Assembly (NCBI RefSeq): GCF_000142905.1
Contig: NW_013657640.1
Span: 1 to 57,140, forward strand
Direction: 5' to 3'
Length of the DNA: 57,140 nt
Source of the DNA: Thecamonas trahens ATCC 50062
Taxonomy: Eukaryota > Protista > Apusomonadida
Part shown: positions 1-10,688 of the stretch, piece after piece
Numbering within the stretch: position 1 is the stretch's first letter
Layout: each line of letters starts with the position of its first letter
Program-made: the position numbers and the translations under genes
Notes under the pieces: generated by a model
The model's input: the letters and a program-made list of their open reading frames with translations, nothing else
Databases searched by the model: none
What the model was told of the DNA's origin: nothing

Positions 1-2
1 CC

Positions 3-1985
3 CTATTACATACACACAATGGAACCTTGCTCAGTCTCCAATCCACAGCTGCTGTATTCCAGAATCCGAGTTCTGCCGGCTCAGGCCCAAGTTGTTGGCC
101 CTGTGTCCCTTCGATGCTGCTGACCCCCCCTCCCTGGGCCCATCTCCGACCCCCACTCCCTATCATCTCCACCCACAACCACCACACCCACACCACGCGT
201 ACTCACGATGCCTGCAAACATAGCCACCCACTGCCTGCCCGCCGATATTCACATCAGCCGACGCCAATCCGTCAACAGCATCACTGCCGACCGCCGGCTG
301 CTCACCGCCGACCGCCGCCCGCCGCCGACCGACCACCGCCGGCACCACCGAGAGCAGGCTAGCCATCGACAGGGCATTCGAGGCCATGCATACGGATAGC
401 CACGGCAATAGCAATGGCTACCAGGCTGCCCTCCAACCCAATCCCCCCCTCCCTTCTCCGGCCTTGCCCATCACAGCCCCCGCCGGCCGCTCATCGCCAG
501 CCGCCCCTGCTGCCGACCACCAAGCCAGACGACGAGACCACCGGGCTGGCCAAGACAAGGAAGAACAAGAGGGGGCAAGGGCAAACGGTATCCAATGCAG
601 TGGTGGACTACAGTGCAGTGGTCTGCCTCCTCCTCCAATCCCAAGCCATCGTCCCCATCGACATCCATCTCAATCCAATCCGTCCGCCCTCCTCCCCCTC
701 GCCGCCCAAGTACCCGCCGCCCCTATCGCCCACACCCCACACACATCCATCAGCCGTATCATACTCACCGTCATCAATGCTCAAGCCCAATCGCCATACC
801 CACCACCATTCCGCCCGTCACGACCCCACGTCACGACCCCCCTCATCCCCCCCTACCATACTCATTACCAGCCGTCACCACAAACGACCACCCCCACCCC
901 CTACCCCACCACCATCACTATCATCCCAGCCACAACCCCCACACCCTTGCCATGGCCAAGCCCACCACTATCCCATCGCGCACTCGGCTTCCTCTTCCTC
1001 CTCCTCCGCCTCCTCTCCCCACTCCATCTCACCCCCATCCCCGTCCCCGACCCCGACACCCATACCCCTCAACCATCACAAGCCAGACCGCTTATCCTCC
1101 AACCAATACCAATCTCAAGCCACCCAGCCCCGATCCCGCCCCCTGTGCTGCCCCCGCCTCGCCGACCACCAGCCCCAAGCCGTCGCCCGCTCGCCCGACC
1201 AGCCCCACCTTCATCACCACGTAGCTCCCACCCACTGCCAGCTACACATCCCGCGACCACACTACTGGTCATCACTCACCTCACACTATCACCAGTACAA
1301 ATATCGCTGTCATCGACACCCATCTTCCTCGGCTCATTTCCGCGTCGGCTTGTTTTGCCTAGGCGGTTGAGCACGTCCTCGACCGCCCGACCCCGCACAC
1401 GCCCCCACCAACCGCAATGCAAGATATGCCCGATCTGATTTCACTACTACTTTACTACATACACGCACTACCCCCTTGCACAGTCTCCAATCCACAGCTG
1501 CAGTATTCCGGAATCCGAGTTCTGCCACCCGAGGCCCAAGCTGTTGGCCTGGTGTCTCCTTGATGCTGCTGACCCCCCTGCCACGGGCCCATATCCGACC
1601 CCCACTTCCCACCATCTCCACCCACAACCACCACACCCACACCACACATACTCACCACCCCTACAACCTCACCCACCCACTCCTTGCCCGCCGATATTCA
1701 CAAAAGCCGACACCATCCCGTTATCAGCATCGCTGCCGGCTGCTCACCACCGATCGCCGCCCGAGCCGACCCGTCGACCGCCGGCACAACCCTGATCAGG
1801 CTGAGCCGAGCACGGGTATAGTATGATCTACCCGTGGTAGTGACACAGGTGACAATGGCAATCAGTCCCTTGCCGCAGCCTCTCCCCACCTTCTTCTCCC
1901 CACCTTGCCCATCCTGCCCCCAGCTGCTCACTGCCGAAGCCAAGACTCACCCGCCAGACACGCGTGGACCAACAGCAGGTGCGGT
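3..1985. repeat. Diverged direct repeat pair, offset about 1449 bp (copy A ~3-365, copy B ~1452-1807, weaker similarity continuing to ~620/~1985)
   Basis: Shared blocks such as cagtctccaatccacagctg..tattcc.gaatccgagttctgcc and ctccacccacaaccaccacacccacaccac; ORFs 27..362 and 1476..1826 translate to clearly paralogous low-complexity peptides. Confidence 0.85.
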
Positions 1986-2300
1986 GATTTTGTGCCAATT
2001 TCGGTCAATAATGGTCTGAGAAAGGCGAAAGCTCAGAAAGATTTCCCGCACCCACCCCTCCAACAGTCACCCCTCATACACCTCACGTAGGCTGTATTGA
2101 GCTTCAAACGTCGCTTCCTTGCACGCCTGCTTGTTGTTAGGGACGTACCTTCCCTCTCCGTGCTCTCCCGGCTTTTCACCCTTTTGGTCCTTGACACTTT
2201 GTTGCAATCTCCTGACTGCCCTGAACGGTCTTGACCTTGTCGTCACCACACCACCGGCCTCTCCGCACGTCGTACCTTTTGCTCCACCCACCTCCCTCCC

Positions 2301-3774
2301 ATGGCCGACGCCATGTACCCGAGCCTCTCTGGCTCGCCCACCGGTGGTCGTCCACCGCCGCCTCCCTCCCCCCGCTCCTGGTTTATTGCTCTCCATACCG
2401 GCGCCGGCCAGGTCGCGTTCGGCACCGGCTCGACACCCACTCCGGCCCACACCGCCGCCCTCGCCGCTCTTGAGGCCGGCGCTGCTGTTCTCCGCGCCGG
2501 CGGCCGCGCGCCTGCTGCTGTCGTCGCCACCCTCGGCGTTCTTGAAGAATGCGGCGAGTTCAACGCCGGACGCGGCGCTGTCCTCAATGCCATGGGCATG
2601 CAAGAAATGGATGCGAGCGTCATGGACGGTTCCACGGGCGCGTTTGGCTCTGTTGCAGCCGCACCGTCTCTCGCGCACCCATCGCGCCTCGCCGCCGCTC
2701 TTCTTGCCTCGGGCGGCTCCATGTCCAACTCAGGACTCCGCGTCAACCCGGGAGCTCTTGCTGGCCCTGGCGCTGTCGCACACGCCGCCTCCCTTTTTGG
2801 CCACTCGGACCTGGTCGTGTCCTCGGTCCCGCCGCGCGTCATCCGTGAGAACGCGCTCCATCTCGAGATCCTCACCTCGCGTCCGGGCTCGTACGCCTCT
2901 CCCATGTCGCCCAAGTCACCCCTGCGTCTTTGTCGGCATCAGCGGTCTCACCGTGCTCGCCAACTGCTTCCAACTTGAAGCCGAGTCGAAAGCGCAAACA
3001 CAGCGCTCTGCTTGACAACTCCATCTCTGCACTGATGCAGCGAATGGACACTGTCGGCGTCGTGTGCTGCGACTCTGAGGGCCATTTTGCAGCTGGCTCG
3101 TCGTCGGGAGGCATTCCGCTCAAGGTTCCTGGCCGTGTCGGTCCGGCCGCCGTCCGGGGTGCCGGCGTTTGGGCCGATACCCAAGGCGCCGCCGTCGCCA
3201 CCGGTCAAGGCGAGCAGATCCTACTCACCGAGATGGCCCGGAGCCTGGCTTCCGAAGCACGCTCGGCTGTCCACAATGCAAGCTCTCCTAAGGTCTCGTG
3301 CTCAACCACCACGCCTTCGTCTGACCCGCATGCTTCCAAGCGCCGTCGCACTCTTGATACCCGCTCCAACACCTGCAGCTCAGCGTCTGCCTGCGAGGGC
3401 ACCGGGTCGGCACCATCGGCTGCTGGCCCGAGCAGCTCTGTCATGTCCGTCGCCGAAAACAACAACGATGCTGATGACGACGACGAGCTCGCAGATGTCG
3501 CTTCGCGGTCCAAGCTGTGGATGGAAGATTGCATACTCTCAGCGCCCTCGCTCGCATGCCGCCTAGCCGGCGGCCTCCTTCTTTTCACCTTGGCGGCGGC
3601 GTTCTCGAGCTTGTCTACCTCCACTCTACCTCGGCCCTTCCGCTCGCCTACCAGTCCTCCACCATGGCTCGGCCGGTCTTTGAAGTCTCGCGCCTCGGCA
3701 CCACACGCCGCTACGAGGGCGTTGCCGTTGTCACATCCGGCACGGTTGTCCGCTTGCCCAACTTTAGGAACTAG
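2301..3774 (+). CDS. TASP1: Threonine aspartase (Taspase1)-like Ntn-hydrolase, interrupted by two 1-nt frame breaks (~2919-2922, ~3582-3585)
   Basis: [26 protein letters not shown], autocleavage site MD|[20 protein letters not shown] and TGQGE motifs spread over ORFs 2301..2978, 2930..3805 and 3517..3774. Confidence 0.85.
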
Positions 3775-3866
3775 CAGCCTCATGCCTGCAACTACTTCCT
3801 CCTAATGTTATAACTCATTGAACGCGTCTGCGTTGGCCCTCCACGCGCCGTTCGCGCTTGCGTGTG

Positions 3867-4659
3867 TTACTCATCGTCGTCCTCGTCATCATTCGGGTTG
3901 TACGGCTTGAACTCCATCTTGTAGTGCGCCTTGCGCCGCCGCTCAAACTCGGCTTTCCGCCGCGCCACCTCCTCTGGATCTTCCTCCACCTCGTCATCGT
4001 CATCGTCGTCATCGCCAATCTCAGTCCACACCGGTGCCTCTTCCCACTGTTCCGCCTCGGGCGTTGCCGACGTCTGCCCCACGTGAGCAAGCGCCTCGCT
4101 GATCGACGCCGCCTGCGACTCGAGTTGCTGAGTCTGAGGCACAGCCGGCGGCGGCGGCGCAGTTTCCAGCCCTGCGTTTGCCGCCGTGTTCCCTCGCACC
4201 GCCTTGCCCTCACCGTCTTCTGCCAGCGCGCCTGACGCCCGCACCTCGTCATCGTCCTCCATGTTGTAGTTGTGATACGGCGTGTCCGGCTCCTCAATCT
4301 TCATCGTCGCCGACTTGTTCTCCTCATTGTACGCCAGGTTCTCTTCATCCCACACAATGCCCCTACCCATACTCCCACCAACCGCCATTCCCCCGCCAAT
4401 CCCAATCACTCCTCACATCAGTCCTGCACCAAAGCCCTCTTCCCCGAGCACGGCCCTTCCTGAACAATGCCTCCTCCACCCCCATGCCCCCCCCCCCTCC
4501 CCCCCTCCCCCCCCCCCCCCCCTCCCTCCTCCTGCCCACATACTTGCGCTTCTTATTGCACCCTTCATTTGCACCCGCCTCGTCCCCATGCTCTCGCTTG
4601 AGAATGCCCTTGGTCACCGGCTTGGTCGCCGCCTCGGGTGTCACCTCGCGCACGTCCAT
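3867..4659 (-). CDS. PPP1R2: Protein phosphatase 1 inhibitor-2 (Glc8/IPP-2); exons 4659-4544 and 4362-3867
   Basis: KGILK motif in exon 1; a GTATGT..AG intron joins in frame to KGIVWDEENL, MKIEEPDTPY and FERRRKAHYKME. Confidence 0.92.
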
Positions 4660-4724
4660 TGCTCACCGGAACCGAGCGAGTCAAGTAGCCACCCACACAC
4701 ACCCATCCGTCTCTTGCCGCCGTC

Positions 4725-5840
4725 ATGCTCGCTGCCACCGCGGGCATGGCATACACCTCGGGTCTTGCTGCAGCCCTCTCGCCATGTGTTGTCGTCCTCA
4801 TTCCGCTGGTCCTCTTCCGCTTCTCTGGTCACATCGCTTCCAAGCCGCTGCTCCCGTCGCACACAAAGCACGGCGCCCGCCCGTCGCTGCAGCTTGTCGC
4901 CGATCTCGCCGGCTTTGCTCTAGGCTTTCTGACCGCGTACGTGGCCTTTGCCTCGGCTGTTGCGTACGCGCTCACCTCGTCGGCGGCAGGTGGCGTGACC
5001 GCAGCCATGGGCATGATCTTTGCGGTCTCGGGCGCGCTCTCGCTCGCGGATCGCATGCAGCCGCTCGATGTGCCGCTGCTCTCATGGCCGCCGGCGGTCG
5101 GCGTCGCCTTTGCCGCCCTCGTCTCCATCAACCCATGCACCATTCCGTTCCTCGCCGTCGTCATCTCGTATTCGGCCCGGTCAGCGGCCGTGGCGCTCGT
5201 CGCCTTTGGCTGCGGCCTTCTCACCCCGGCCATCACGTGTGCGCTCATGGGCTCGGGCGTCGTTGCTCTCGTCAAGCGCCACGGTGCTGCTCTCCACTAT
5301 CTCAACCGCGCCATGTCGGCCGTTCTCATCGCCGCTGGCGGCTGGCTTGTCTCCTCGGTCCACACGTACTCGACACTCGAGGCCGCCATCGTTGCTGCTG
5401 CTGCTCCCGTCGTCGCTGCTTTCGTCCTCTCCGCCTTTGCCGCCGATCTTCCACCAAACACTGGCCTCTACCGCGACGCCAAGCCGCTGTTGGTCCTTCT
5501 GGCCGGCGCGACTGTCGTCGTCTTCTGCGGCCTCGTGGCCGTCGCCTCGCCTCCCCTCGGCCTTGCCTCCCACAACTCGATGCTCCACGCTGCGCTCACT
5601 GTCAACGACGCAGCCGAGAGCTCGACATCGCCTGGCGGTGGCTGCATCGATCTCTCACTCCTGCCATCCTGCACGCCGTGCGCCGTCATCCGCATCGCCG
5701 CCCTTGCCGCCACCGCCGTCCTCACCCTCCTCGTCTACGCGCTCCACGTTGTCCATCGCGGGACACACGACCTAGTCGTCGCTGTTCCGCCACACATCCC
5801 TTCCACAGGCCATAGCCCCATCGACGCCCACACAATGTAA
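4725..5840 (+). CDS. CcdA/DsbD-beta-like polytopic membrane protein with C-terminal extension carrying CxxC
   Basis: GLAAALSPCVVVLIP (C21) and INPCTIPFL (C138) match the two Pro-Cys motifs of the CcdA/DsbD TM domain; FALGF, FGCGLLTP and LNRAMSAVLIAAG follow in the expected order; extra TM segments and CTPC (316-319). Confidence 0.72.
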   Translation: MLAATAGMAYTSGLAAALSPCVVVLIPLVLFRFSGHIASKPLLPSHTKHGARPSLQLVADLAGFALGFLTAYVAFASAVAYALTSSAAGGVTAAMGMIFAVSGALSLADRMQPLDVPLLSWPPAVGVAFAALVSINPCTIPFLAVVISYSARSAAVALVAFGCGLLTPAITCALMGSGVVALVKRHGAALHYLNRAMSAVLIAAGGWLVSSVHTYSTLEAAIVAAAAPVVAAFVLSAFAADLPPNTGLYRDAKPLLVLLAGATVVVFCGLVAVASPPLGLASHNSMLHAALTVNDAAESSTSPGGGCIDLSLLPSCTPCAVIRIAALAATAVLTLLVYALHVVHRGTHDLVVAVPPHIPSTGHSPIDAHTM

Positions 5841-5972
5841 TTCCGTTGCCAATCCGCACGAGCCCTGCACGTGACCTCTGTCGCCCCTCCACCACTAGGC
5901 CGGTGCTCGCACACGCGAGCCGAAACCGCCCCCAACCTCCGCCACCCCTCGCCTAGCGCTGTCGAGCACACC

Positions 5973-7459
5973 ATGGCCCACACTACCAAGTGGTACGCCA
6001 TGACGGCGGCAGTCATGCTTGGGACGGTCCTTCTCTCGCTCCTTGGTTCGACGCCCAACGCGTTCAATCGGTTCAACGACGCCCTCAAGGCCAATGGCTA
6101 CTCCGACTCGTACGTCAATCTGGTGGCCTCGTGGGGCCTCGTCGCTGTCAACCTCAACTTTGTCATGGGCGCTCTCAAGGACCACATCGGCGGACGCAAG
6201 GGCTTCCTCATTACTGCTGCACTCGGCACTGTTCTTGGTGCCGGTGGCTACATGATCATGTCGCTGGTCACCTCCACCAAGGCCGGCCCGCTCCTCTGCT
6301 TTGCCTTTTTCCTCGTCGGCCTCGGCAACGGCGCCTGCTTCATCGTCGCCATGTCGGTCGGCGTCTCGCTCTCGCCCACGGGCTCAGGCCCGTCGGTGGC
6401 GCTTGTCGGCGCGGCCATGGGCCTCTCCGTTGCCTTTACCGTCAACTCGGTCAACGTTTACGGCGATGCGGGTGGGTGCGCCGGCGATCACTGCTGGGCC
6501 TCGTGGATGCGCCTGCTGGCCCTCTTCTGCCTCGTCATGCAGGGCGGCGGGACGCTGCTGCTGTTTTTCTCTCCGAGGCCAACTACCCGCATCTCCTCTC
6601 TGTTGAAGACCGCGAGACCGAGAGCCTGGTGGCAAAGGGCGATGTCGGTCCGCCAGGCGTCGGCGGTGACGACTTTGCCTCGGTCCCGCTCGACATCAAC
6701 TCGGCTGATGCCGCGCCGATTTCCGCCCCCTCGAAGCCCTACGTCTCGCCGTCGTATGTCCACGAGCCGATTTCATTTCTCGAGGCGCTCGTTGTTCTTA
6801 AGCACCCGTACTACCTCTTCCTGTTTGCCGTCGAGTTTATCGGCTTCTTCTCGGCCATTTTCATCCTCACCCAGGCCTCGCAGATCTGGGACGACTTTGC
6901 CCCGCACGGCTCGTCCGAGCTGGGCGGCCAGATTCTCTCGGTCTTTTCGTACTTTAACGTCGTCGCCGCCCTCGCCGCCGGCTCAGCCAACGAGATCTTG
7001 TCGCGCCGCCGCATTTGCCGGACCGCCACCTTTGCCGGCATCACCTTTGTCATCTGGGGCGCGCTCTTTATCTTTGGCGGCATTCTCGCCGCTACCACAG
7101 GCAACGCGCCGTCCAAGGCTGTCCAGGTCATATTCTTCCTCGTTCTCACCTCAGACGCTGTCCTCTTCGGCGCGATGCTCGTCCTCTTCCCCACCATCCT
7201 TGCCGAAGAATACGGCTACGTGGCCTTTGCCAAGATCTTCGGCCTCCTCAACCTCTCGCCGGCGGCGGCCTCATTCATTGCGCCGCAGCTGACAGGCGCC
7301 ATCTCCAAGGCCGCCGGCTCGTACAACTCGCTCTTCTTTGCCATCGGCGCTCTCATGGCTCTCGGTGGCATCGGCCTCATCTTTTTCCGCAACACCAAGC
7401 CGCTCAACTACATGGCGTCGACCCGCGCCCGCCTTGCCTCGCTCAACGCCAAGGCGTAA
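5973..7459 (+). CDS. MFS transporter (nodulin-like/Mch1/OFA-type), one frame break at ~6564-6568
   Basis: About 6 TM helices in ORF 5871..7292 (GALKDHIGGR motif-A-like) and about 6 TM in ORF 5990..7459 (FPTILAEEYG..F...FG); one added T joins them. Confidence 0.85.
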
Positions 7460-7528
7460 ATTACACACCTCCCACCACCTGCTGCTACAGCATCACATCA
7501 TGTTACTGAACGCGCAGCCAGGTCGAGG

Positions 7529-8683
7529 CTACTGCTGAGGGAGAATGGACGAGAGAAGCGACGGCGCAATGGCCATCTCGCGCTCCGAAAAGTTAAAGAG
7601 CTCAGGGAGCGGCGAGCCGTCGGGCAGCGTCGTCGTCGGGTCGCGGAGCTCGTCAAAGGCGTTGTGTGCAAGCGCCTCAAACGGCGTGATGCGCTTCTCG
7701 GGCGCATAGATGAGCATGTGCGAGATGAGGTCGATGACCTCGGGCGGGACGTCGCGGCGGAAAACCTTGGACCACGGATACGGCTTGATGCGCGGAAAGG
7801 CAAAGGCGACGTACGTCTTGTTCATCGACGTGATGTCCTTGCGCTGCGGCGTGCCGAGGACCTTGATGATCTCCACGAGCTGATCCACGCCCGACTCGCC
7901 CGGGAACAGGGGGTGCCCGAGGAGCAGCTCCGCGATGACACAGCCCAACGACCAGACGTCGATGTCCGTGGTGTACGTCGTCGATCCAAAGATCAGCTCC
8001 GGCGCACGGTAGTAGCGCGAGCAAATGTATGACACGTTCGCCTCTCCGGGCACAAGGTACTTGGCAGATCCAAAGTCGCAGAGCTTGAGCACCCCGGTCT
8101 CGGCGTTGCACAGCAGATTCTGCGGCTTGATGTCGCGGTGGCAGATGCCGAGCGAGTGCACGTACGCCAGTGCACGGCACATCTGGTACGCGTACAGCTT
8201 GACAAAGAGCATCGGCATCGTCTCAGACCGCTTGACGTAGTGCCGCGCCACGCGGTACACCGTCTCCGGCACATACTCGAGCATCAGGTTGAGGTACACC
8301 TCCTCGTCCGTCTCGCTCTCCTTCGAGTAGAAAAAGTACCGCAACGCAACCACGTTCGGGTGCGAGACGACCTTCATCACCGCAAGCTCGCGGTTCTTGA
8401 ACCGCCGGTCCTGCAGCACTTTCTTAATCGCCATCATCTCCTGATTCTGCAGGTTCTGTGCAAGGAAGACAACGCCAAACGACCCGTTGCCGATGATCCG
8501 CTTGAGCTGGTACGAAATGACCTCCTTGTTGCCGTCCACAGTCGTCACACGCACCTTGAACACATCCTCCACGTTGAGCGACTTGCCGCCGCCGCGCGAG
8601 TCGCTCCCGCCCTCGCCGTCGTTGCCGCCGTTGCCCTCAGAGCCTTCCTCCATCTTCACCGGCTTCTCGTTCTCCGACGCCAT
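7529..8683 (-). CDS. GSK3: Glycogen synthase kinase-3 / shaggy-like kinase
   Basis: [72 protein letters not shown]. Confidence 0.97.
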   Translation of the reverse strand: MASENEKPVKMEEGSEGNGGNDGEGGSDSRGGGKSLNVEDVFKVRVTTVDGNKEVISYQLKRIIGNGSFGVVFLAQNLQNQEMMAIKKVLQDRRFKNRELAVMKVVSHPNVVALRYFFYSKESETDEEVYLNLMLEYVPETVYRVARHYVKRSETMPMLFVKLYAYQMCRALAYVHSLGICHRDIKPQNLLCNAETGVLKLCDFGSAKYLVPGEANVSYICSRYYRAPELIFGSTTYTTDIDVWSLGCVIAELLLGHPLFPGESGVDQLVEIIKVLGTPQRKDITSMNKTYVAFAFPRIKPYPWSKVFRRDVPPEVIDLISHMLIYAPEKRITPFEALAHNAFDELRDPTTTLPDGSPLPELFNFSEREMAIAPSLLSSILPQQ

Positions 8684-9463
8684 CCTGTGTCCTGCCTTCC
8701 ACATGCCCACCACATACCTGTGTTAGTGCTTCTCTCTCACCCCCACTCCCTCTTCAACCCCATTCATGCTGCTCCCCCCCTCCCCCCCCTCTTCCGCTCT
8801 CCCACTCTCCCGCTTCTTGGTCCACCTCAACTTCGGACAAAAAAACCCACTCAGCCAGCCGGCTCCCCGACTGGTATACACAGTGCATAGACAGCGCACC
8901 AAGCCACCAAGGCCACCCCAAACACCCCAATCCCCTTATTCACCTTCCCTGTCCTGCCCCCGTCCACTCTCTCGCCATGCACACCCACGCTACACTGCGT
9001 CCGCAACGCCCCCATCTTCTGTACTCAGCCGCAACTGCGCCAGGCACTCGCTGGTTGACGAGAAAGTTGGCCCAGCACGAGGGAGAGCCCCCCCCCCCTC
9101 CCTCTACCGTCCACACCCAGCCTTCCTCCCAACCACAGCCCACAGCCCCATACCGAGCAAGAACGACATGCACCACACACTCCCTCCTCTCTCCATCTCC
9201 TTCTCCCTCCCCTCTTCCCCCTTCCTGTACCGGACCACCCCCCCTCTCTCCCTCCCCCCCCCTCCCTCCCCACTCGTTCCTCAACTTGGTTTCAATGTTC
9301 GTCTCTTGACACTAACCAACGTACGGGTGTGTTCCACAACGAATGAGAGACGACTGGCGATACGTCAATCGTTCAATTGAACAGGAATGGCAACTCGAAC
9401 AAAAACCAACAAACTTGGTCCCCACAACCGACCGACCAACCACCACCCCCCCCCCCCCCCTCA

Positions 9464-9563
9464 NNNNNNNNNNNNNNNNNNNNNNNNNNNNNNNNNNNNN
9501 NNNNNNNNNNNNNNNNNNNNNNNNNNNNNNNNNNNNNNNNNNNNNNNNNNNNNNNNNNNNNNN
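9464..9563. other. Assembly gap (100 N)
   Basis: Run of N flanked by poly-C tracts. Confidence 1.
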
Positions 9564-9630
9564 CCACACGACCACCACCACCACCCCCCCCCCCCCCCCC
9601 CCTACCCCTCCTCTCGTACCAGGCCTAACT

Positions 9631-10200
9631 TTACTCATCGGGTTCCACCCAGAGCTCAAATGCATCGCCGCGCCGGGTGATGCCCGAGAACTGCGGGCGA
9701 CGCTTCTGCCTGCTGAGCTGGCGGGTCGAGCCGAGCGTGCGTGCGACCTCAACCCGGGTGCGGGCGTTGAGCGGCGGGACGACAATGTACGGCGTGGGGA
9801 GAGGGCCCTGGCCACGGATGGCCGAGTGCGCCACGTCCAGCGTGTCAGTCAGCACCGCTTGTGATCCGTCATTGCCTTCGGCGGCATCGCCGTCGTCGAC
9901 TGCCGCGCCGTCGTCGGCTGCCGCGCCCTCGGCCTCATCGAGCGAGTGCACTTGAGTCCGTGACGCGCCCTGCTCGGTCACAGTCTTGCGCAGATAGAGA
10001 TCAGCGACGAGATAGTCGAGGTCCGGTGGCTCTGCACGAACGTTTGCCGCCGTTGTGATGAACGGCTTTGGCGTGGCAATCGTCGGTGCCAGTGTCTCGG
10101 CCCACGGATAGCCCTTGTACTTGGCCTCCCACTTGCGAGCCGACTCGTTCTCGGCCTCACACCTGTAGTGCCACACATGGTCCACAAACGCAGACGTCAT
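9631..10200 (-). CDS. Hypothetical protein; N-terminus resembles the C20orf85/CIMIP1-type ciliary microtubule-inner-protein motif
   Basis: Coding-like ORF; DHVWHYRCEAENESARKWEAKY resembles the D-x-x-W-x-Y-R-x-x-A-E...W pattern (recalled, not searched). Confidence 0.45.
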   Translation of the reverse strand: MTSAFVDHVWHYRCEAENESARKWEAKYKGYPWAETLAPTIATPKPFITTAANVRAEPPDLDYLVADLYLRKTVTEQGASRTQVHSLDEAEGAAADDGAAVDDGDAAEGNDGSQAVLTDTLDVAHSAIRGQGPLPTPYIVVPPLNARTRVEVARTLGSTRQLSRQKRRPQFSGITRRGDAFELWVEPDE

Positions 10201-10688
10201 ACTACCACCAACCTTATCTTACTTGCCAAGCCTCCTGTCGTCTGTACCTATTGCCTCTACTCTTTCAATCCGCCCAACTCACAACCTGCCGTTGCCCCTC
10301 CAACAGCCAAGCGAGGAGTGTCACTCGCACCACACACGCTTGTTGTCCAACGTCCAACGTCCAACGTCCGCCTCACTGCGAAACCTCCAACGATCAAAGA
10401 AATAGCAATATAATCGTCACCCCCCCCCCTCCCCCCGTCCATCGTGTCACCTCAATTTTCACTTTGTTCGCCACCGACGCAGACTCGCGACCTGAGCACG
10501 TCATTGCCTCTCCCCACCTCATACCCTCTCCTTCCCCTCCCCCCCCTCCGCGCTCCCCACTGACTGTTGTCCCGCACCACCACTCATCTGTAGCAATCTC
10601 ACAGAACCGAGTACCCTCCCTACACCCCCCCCCTCCCCCCCTCCCTTATCCCCCTCCCTCGCTCTGCTTCTCCACCCGCGGCGTGGAT

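Noticed and set aside
386-1438. Long Pro/His/Thr-rich ORFs in several frames
   Set aside because: Explained by C-rich, stop-poor composition; no domain and no typical codon pattern
2301-3805. Calling the frame-broken genes pseudogenes
   Set aside because: No in-frame stops or motif decay apart from single missing bases; several are conserved housekeeping genes
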